Source: Spirochaetota bacterium (GTDB taxonomy: Bacteria > Spirochaetota > UBA4802 > UBA5550). Taken from it: a DNA stretch of 64,000 nt. A model generated the notes under the pieces. The model was not told where the DNA came from. It made no database searches and saw only the letters and a program-made list of their open reading frames with translations. Below, piece after piece: positions 60,160 to 64,000 of the stretch (position 1 is the first letter of the stretch; every line of letters starts with the position of its first letter). A program made the position numbers and the translations under genes. Location of the stretch: contig OY760686.1 of the NCBI GenBank assembly GCA_963663865.1, forward strand, positions 1,152,001 to 1,216,000, read 5' to 3'.

Positions 60160-62676
60160 CTAATACAGTCTGAAGGCCGAGGTGAGCTTCCGGGCGTCCG
60201 GATTGGAGCTTTCTGCCACGATAAGCTCGTACTGTATGTCTTCAATTACCATGCTCTGAGAGGCCTCGTCCCAGTAGGCGAGATCGGAAGGCTCAATGTA
60301 CATGGTCGCGGTTTGTGTTCCACCCGCCTCAATGTCAACCCTGTCAAAGCTGAAGAGCTGCTTGACCGGACGTCCCCAGGCGTCGTCAAGCTGTGAGTGA
60401 CTGAAGCCGACATAGGCCTGTACAATCTCTGAAGAATCGTACTCTCCGTTGTTTGTGACATCGACGCTTACTCTGACAAGCCGGGTTCCTTCATCATTAA
60501 CGTAGTTCGGATCGACCTCCAGGTTGTTGTAGCTGTAGGTATTGTAGCTCAGCCCGTAACCGAACCAGTAGCGGGGGCTCTTCTCTTCTGTTTCGGCCAG
60601 ATCCTTCTCAAAGAGGCGGTAACCATGGTAGTAGCTGTAGTTATATTCAGTTGTTTGTCTGCTTGAGGGATATAAGGGAAGCTGGGCATCCGAACGGGGC
60701 CATGTAACAGGGCTTTTTCCTGAGAAGCTGACAGCTCTGACCTCCTGAGGCTCGCCTGTCCACATGTTATGATCGAGTGTCTGTCCGAAGACGAGCTCGG
60801 CTATGGCCTGCCCGCCGCACATGCCGGGGTACCACGCCTGAACAATCACATCGATATCATCGACGAAGTCCTCAACGAGTACGGCTGAACCGCTCTCAAT
60901 TATTACCATAATTTTGAGGTCAGGATTGGCTTTTCTTGCTTCAACTGCCGCCTCTATGTTGCCGAGGTCACGCTCTGGCAGTGAAAGTGAAGAACGGTCC
61001 ATTTGTTCACCTTCTTCTCCATTGTCATTGCAATACTCTCCCGAGCCGCATTCGATAAATGAAAGATTAGCGGGGACATAGGAGCTTACAACGATTGCCC
61101 ACGAAGCTGTCTTAAGCGCGTTCAACGCCTCCTTGTCTCCGTACTCCTCATGATTAACTGCATGGTAATAGTGTGGGAAGTCAGTGTCTTTATTGCCGGT
61201 GAAGTACTTAATGCGTTCCTCTTCGAGAAATTCACTGAACCCCTGATAAGGAGTGATGTCAAGGATGGATCCCCCGGGAGATGTAATGGCATACGATGTA
61301 CAAATATCACCGGTGCGGGCAACGTTGGAATATTGCCCAAGCATGACTGCAGGATGTTCAGCTGTAATGCTCTCTGAACTGTCATAAATGGGAAGCAGGG
61401 CGTCTTCTGATGATTCTGTGCTTCGGCCGCCGTCCTTCAGGAGTACAATTCCCCTCCTTGCGATCTCAAGGCTCGCCTGAATGGACTCCGGTCTCTGAAG
61501 TCCCTCAGCGCTCTGATAAGCATGGTATTTATCTTCCTCGCCTATGGTATAGGTCTTTGAAAAGTCCCTGCCATAATCCAGCATTCCATATGCTATCTTT
61601 CTTTCAAGTATTCTCAGGACGATTCTGTCTATGTTCTCCTCGGCAATTTTACCGCGCATAACTGCCTTTAATAAGAAATCTCCATAAACATGCTCGTTGT
61701 TATAGTCATTTTCGCTGATGGGTATCTCAATTGAAAGTTGAGCTTCGACAGCGTTTTCAGTTGATTCTGCAATACCCCACCATTGCGTAAGGGTATATCC
61801 CTCAAAGCCCCATTCATCATAGAGAATATCGCTCATGAGCTCTTTGTTTGATGCGCAGTAATCTCCGTTAACCATATTGTAAGCTGACATAACACCCGCC
61901 GGGTCTGCCCGGTCGATGGCCTTCTTGAACTGAGGCAGAAAAACCTCACGAAGAGTTCTCTCATCAACCACCGCATTTAACTGTCTTCTTGTTTTATCAA
62001 GGGCCGATACAGCGAACTCTGATATAACCGACTGAACGGCGTAGGTACGTCTTCCCTCAGCGTCAAAATATAGGAAGTTTCCGTTTTCATCGAGATCGGG
62101 ATTGCCGTCACCGTCTTCGTCAGCAGCTCCCGAGTACTTTGTTCCATTTATGTGTAAGGAAGCCATCTCACCGATGAGATATGAGTCCTCGCCGTAGGAC
62201 TCCTGGCTCCTGCCGTATCGCGGGTTGACTGTCTGGTTCAGGTTCGGCGCGCAGAGGACGTAGTTGCCTAACGACCTTGTTTCGAGGGCGCTTATCTCTC
62301 CAACGAGACGTTCCGAATTCCTGTCGAACGAAGCCGCCCTTGAAGCGGCAACAGGAAATGCCGTTGTGTACAGGTAATCCTCATTGTATGTCATGGATTT
62401 GGCGCCGCGTGTACCGTCGCTGAAAACCATGCTCGGAATATTGAGCTCAGCATCGTATATCTGCGTCATCATTGATATGGCTGAACTCTGACTTGGCCCT
62501 CCGCTCATCTGGTTGACCTTCTGCTCAAGGGTCATCTGCGAAAGAAGCGCCAGTGCCCGTGTTTTTATGGGGGCCGGGTCTTCTTTCACAGCTTCATCCT
62601 TTCCGCATGAAATAAAAAGCATGATAAAAGAATAAATAAGAGCGATTGTAAGTTTTGTTTTCATCATTAACCTCAA
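60160..62676 (-). CDS. GH3 beta-glucosidase-like lipoprotein with FnIII domain and substituted catalytic motifs
   Basis: FISC lipobox, DGTRG, PRYGRSQESYGED, LREVFLPQF, AWYPG and FGYGLSY. SE replaces KH and TQW replaces SDW. Confidence 0.85.
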   Translation of the reverse strand: MRLMMKTKLTIALIYSFIMLFISCGKDEAVKEDPAPIKTRALALLSQMTLEQKVNQMSGGPSQSSAISMMTQIYDAELNIPSMVFSDGTRGAKSMTYNEDYLYTTAFPVAASRAASFDRNSERLVGEISALETRSLGNYVLCAPNLNQTVNPRYGRSQESYGEDSYLIGEMASLHINGTKYSGAADEDGDGNPDLDENGNFLYFDAEGRRTYAVQSVISEFAVSALDKTRRQLNAVVDERTLREVFLPQFKKAIDRADPAGVMSAYNMVNGDYCASNKELMSDILYDEWGFEGYTLTQWWGIAESTENAVEAQLSIEIPISENDYNNEHVYGDFLLKAVMRGKIAEENIDRIVLRILERKIAYGMLDYGRDFSKTYTIGEEDKYHAYQSAEGLQRPESIQASLEIARRGIVLLKDGGRSTESSEDALLPIYDSSESITAEHPAVMLGQYSNVARTGDICTSYAITSPGGSILDITPYQGFSEFLEEERIKYFTGNKDTDFPHYYHAVNHEEYGDKEALNALKTASWAIVVSSYVPANLSFIECGSGEYCNDNGEEGEQMDRSSLSLPERDLGNIEAAVEARKANPDLKIMVIIESGSAVLVEDFVDDIDVIVQAWYPGMCGGQAIAELVFGQTLDHNMWTGEPQEVRAVSFSGKSPVTWPRSDAQLPLYPSSRQTTEYNYSYYHGYRLFEKDLAETEEKSPRYWFGYGLSYNTYSYNNLEVDPNYVNDEGTRLVRVSVDVTNNGEYDSSEIVQAYVGFSHSQLDDAWGRPVKQLFSFDRVDIEAGGTQTATMYIEPSDLAYWDEASQSMVIEDIQYELIVAESSNPDARKLTSAFRLY

Positions 62677-62793
62677 CGGTTGAATTACATTTATACTATG
62701 TATGTGTTTTTATGACGGGATTATTGACATAGTTTTTCCGCTTAAGTCTAAAAAATATTCTTATACGGGCATGGGACGCAGAGAAATTATTTC

Positions 62794-62821
62794 TTGACAT
62801 ATCGTTATCGTATTTTAGGTT
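62794..62821 (+). promoter_or_regulatory. Putative promoter of tRNA-Leu
   Basis: TTGACA-N16-TAGGTT just upstream of the tRNA. Confidence 0.4.
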
Positions 62822-62844
62822 GCTACTCGTATCATTCAATGAAT

Positions 62845-62927
62845 GCCCAAGTGGTGGAATTGGTAGACACGCATGCTTGAGGGGCATGTGGGAATTTCCT
62901 GTGTGGGTTCAAATCCCGCCTTGGGCA
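62845..62927 (+). tRNA. tRNA-Leu(GAG)
   Basis: GCCCAAG/CTTGGGC acceptor stem, anticodon loop TTGAGGG, variable arm, GTTCAAATC T-loop. Confidence 0.95.
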
Positions 62928-63088
62928 CATCTCTCAACAGAAAATCAGGTGACACAGGATGTCACCTTTCTTCTATACAGATCTGATTTGCATTTCATAG
63001 CTTTTCGCCTTATTCCCGGGTCCGCACGCGCGGAACGTGACGCATATTTCTATCGCAAACAATTTTAAGATAAAATATCGGGGGAATT

Positions 63089-63748
63089 ATGAATGTGATT
63101 TTGTTGGGAGCGCCCGGCTCGGGCAAGGGAACCGTGTCGAGGCTGCTTGAAGAGCGCTTCGGAATTGTGCAGATATCAACCGGTGATATTCTGCGGGCGG
63201 AGGTAAAGGCCGACTCGGCCACCGGCAGGTTCAGCGAGCCGTATATGACTAAGGGTGACCTTGTGCCCGATGATGTCATCATGAACATTGTTGAGGAGCG
63301 GCTCGCTCAGAAAGACTGCGAGAAAGGCTTTATCCTTGATGGTTTTCCGCGGACTATTTCTCAGGCAGAGGGACTCGGAAAGCTGATGAGCGAAAGAGGC
63401 CTTAAGCTCGACCTTGTGGTCAACCTTGATGTACCGGAAGATGTTCTTATTTCACGCCTCACAAGCAGAAGGACCTGCTCAAACCCTGACTGTCACGCAA
63501 TCTACAACACCATTTCCAATCCGACTAAAATTGAGGGAGTCTGCGACAAATGCGGAAGCCCGACCATCCAGAGGGACGATGAGACTGAGACGGCTATAAA
63601 ACACAGGCTCGAGACTTATAAAGAAAAGACCGCACCTCTAATTGACTTTTACAGAAATGAAAACTGTTTCGTTAATGCTGATTCGTCAGAAACGAAGGGT
63701 GTGTTTGAAACGGCTATGGCAAAGCTCGCCATGGCTGGAGCTATCTAA
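63089..63748 (+). CDS. adk: Adenylate kinase (Zn-binding LID)
   Basis: GAPGSGKGT, ISTGDILR, LDGFPRT and QRDD. Confidence 0.97.
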   Translation: MNVILLGAPGSGKGTVSRLLEERFGIVQISTGDILRAEVKADSATGRFSEPYMTKGDLVPDDVIMNIVEERLAQKDCEKGFILDGFPRTISQAEGLGKLMSERGLKLDLVVNLDVPEDVLISRLTSRRTCSNPDCHAIYNTISNPTKIEGVCDKCGSPTIQRDDETETAIKHRLETYKEKTAPLIDFYRNENCFVNADSSETKGVFETAMAKLAMAGAI

Positions 63749-63796
63749 AAAATACTTTACAAATATCGTCTGTTTCAAATAGTAACTTCAAGTGCT

Positions 63797-63883
63797 GGAG
63801 AGATGCCCGAGAGGTCGAAGGGGACGGTCTCGAAAATCGTTGAGGGCGCGAGCCTTCCGAGGGTTCGAATCCCTCTCTCTCCG
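63797..63883 (+). tRNA. tRNA-Ser(CGA)
   Basis: GGAGAGA/TCTCTCC stem, anticodon loop CTCGAAA, long variable arm, discriminator G. Confidence 0.95.
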
Positions 63884-63900
63884 ATAAGCATTTGATATAT

Positions 63901-63985
63901 GGAGAGGTGTCCGAGAGGCCTAAGGAGCACGCTTGGAAAGCGTGTGTAGCGCAAGTTACCGGGGGTTCGAATCCCCCCCTCTCCG
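63901..63985 (+). tRNA. tRNA-Ser(GGA)
   Basis: GGAGAGG/CCTCTCC stem, anticodon loop TTGGAAA, long variable arm. Confidence 0.95.
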
Positions 63986-64000
63986 AAATATTCAAGACGG

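Noticed and set aside
62696-63995. ORFs overlapping the tRNA genes, and a tRNA-anchored genomic island
   Set aside because: The ORFs are translations of tRNA sequence; no integrase or duplicated tRNA 3' end was seen in the window.

Overview
A 64 kb stretch of bacterial chromosome, probably from an anaerobic spirochaete-like organism (weak inference from many xxSC-type lipoboxes and a class III ribonucleotide reductase). The housekeeping backbone is rlmI-like, GldA/F/G-like ABC plus DUF4340, lon, a carboxy-terminal protease, gatA, nrdR-nrdD-thioredoxin-like-nrdG with tandem NrdR boxes, adk and three tRNAs. The main accessory locus (about 25.3-41.8 kb) is a polymorphic-toxin-like island. It holds one SpvB/FG-GAP/YD-RHS gene whose signal peptide is put out of frame by a 10-bp x4 tandem repeat. 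That gene also has a second frameshift and an internal transmembrane hairpin ending in a lipobox. It is followed by hydrophobic Gly-zipper C-terminal cassettes each paired with a lipoprotein, one of them split by a complete IS66. Other unexplained structure: (1) a dispersed multi-hairpin repeat family with compensatory changes; (2) an 11 x 21-bp palindromic-unit array beside a small uncharacterised gene; (3) a class III RNR ending in a class I/II-like CxxxxC tail; (4) a cluster of lipoprotein glycosidases including three GH3 proteins with altered active-site motifs. All family calls come from motif recognition by eye; no database searches were run.
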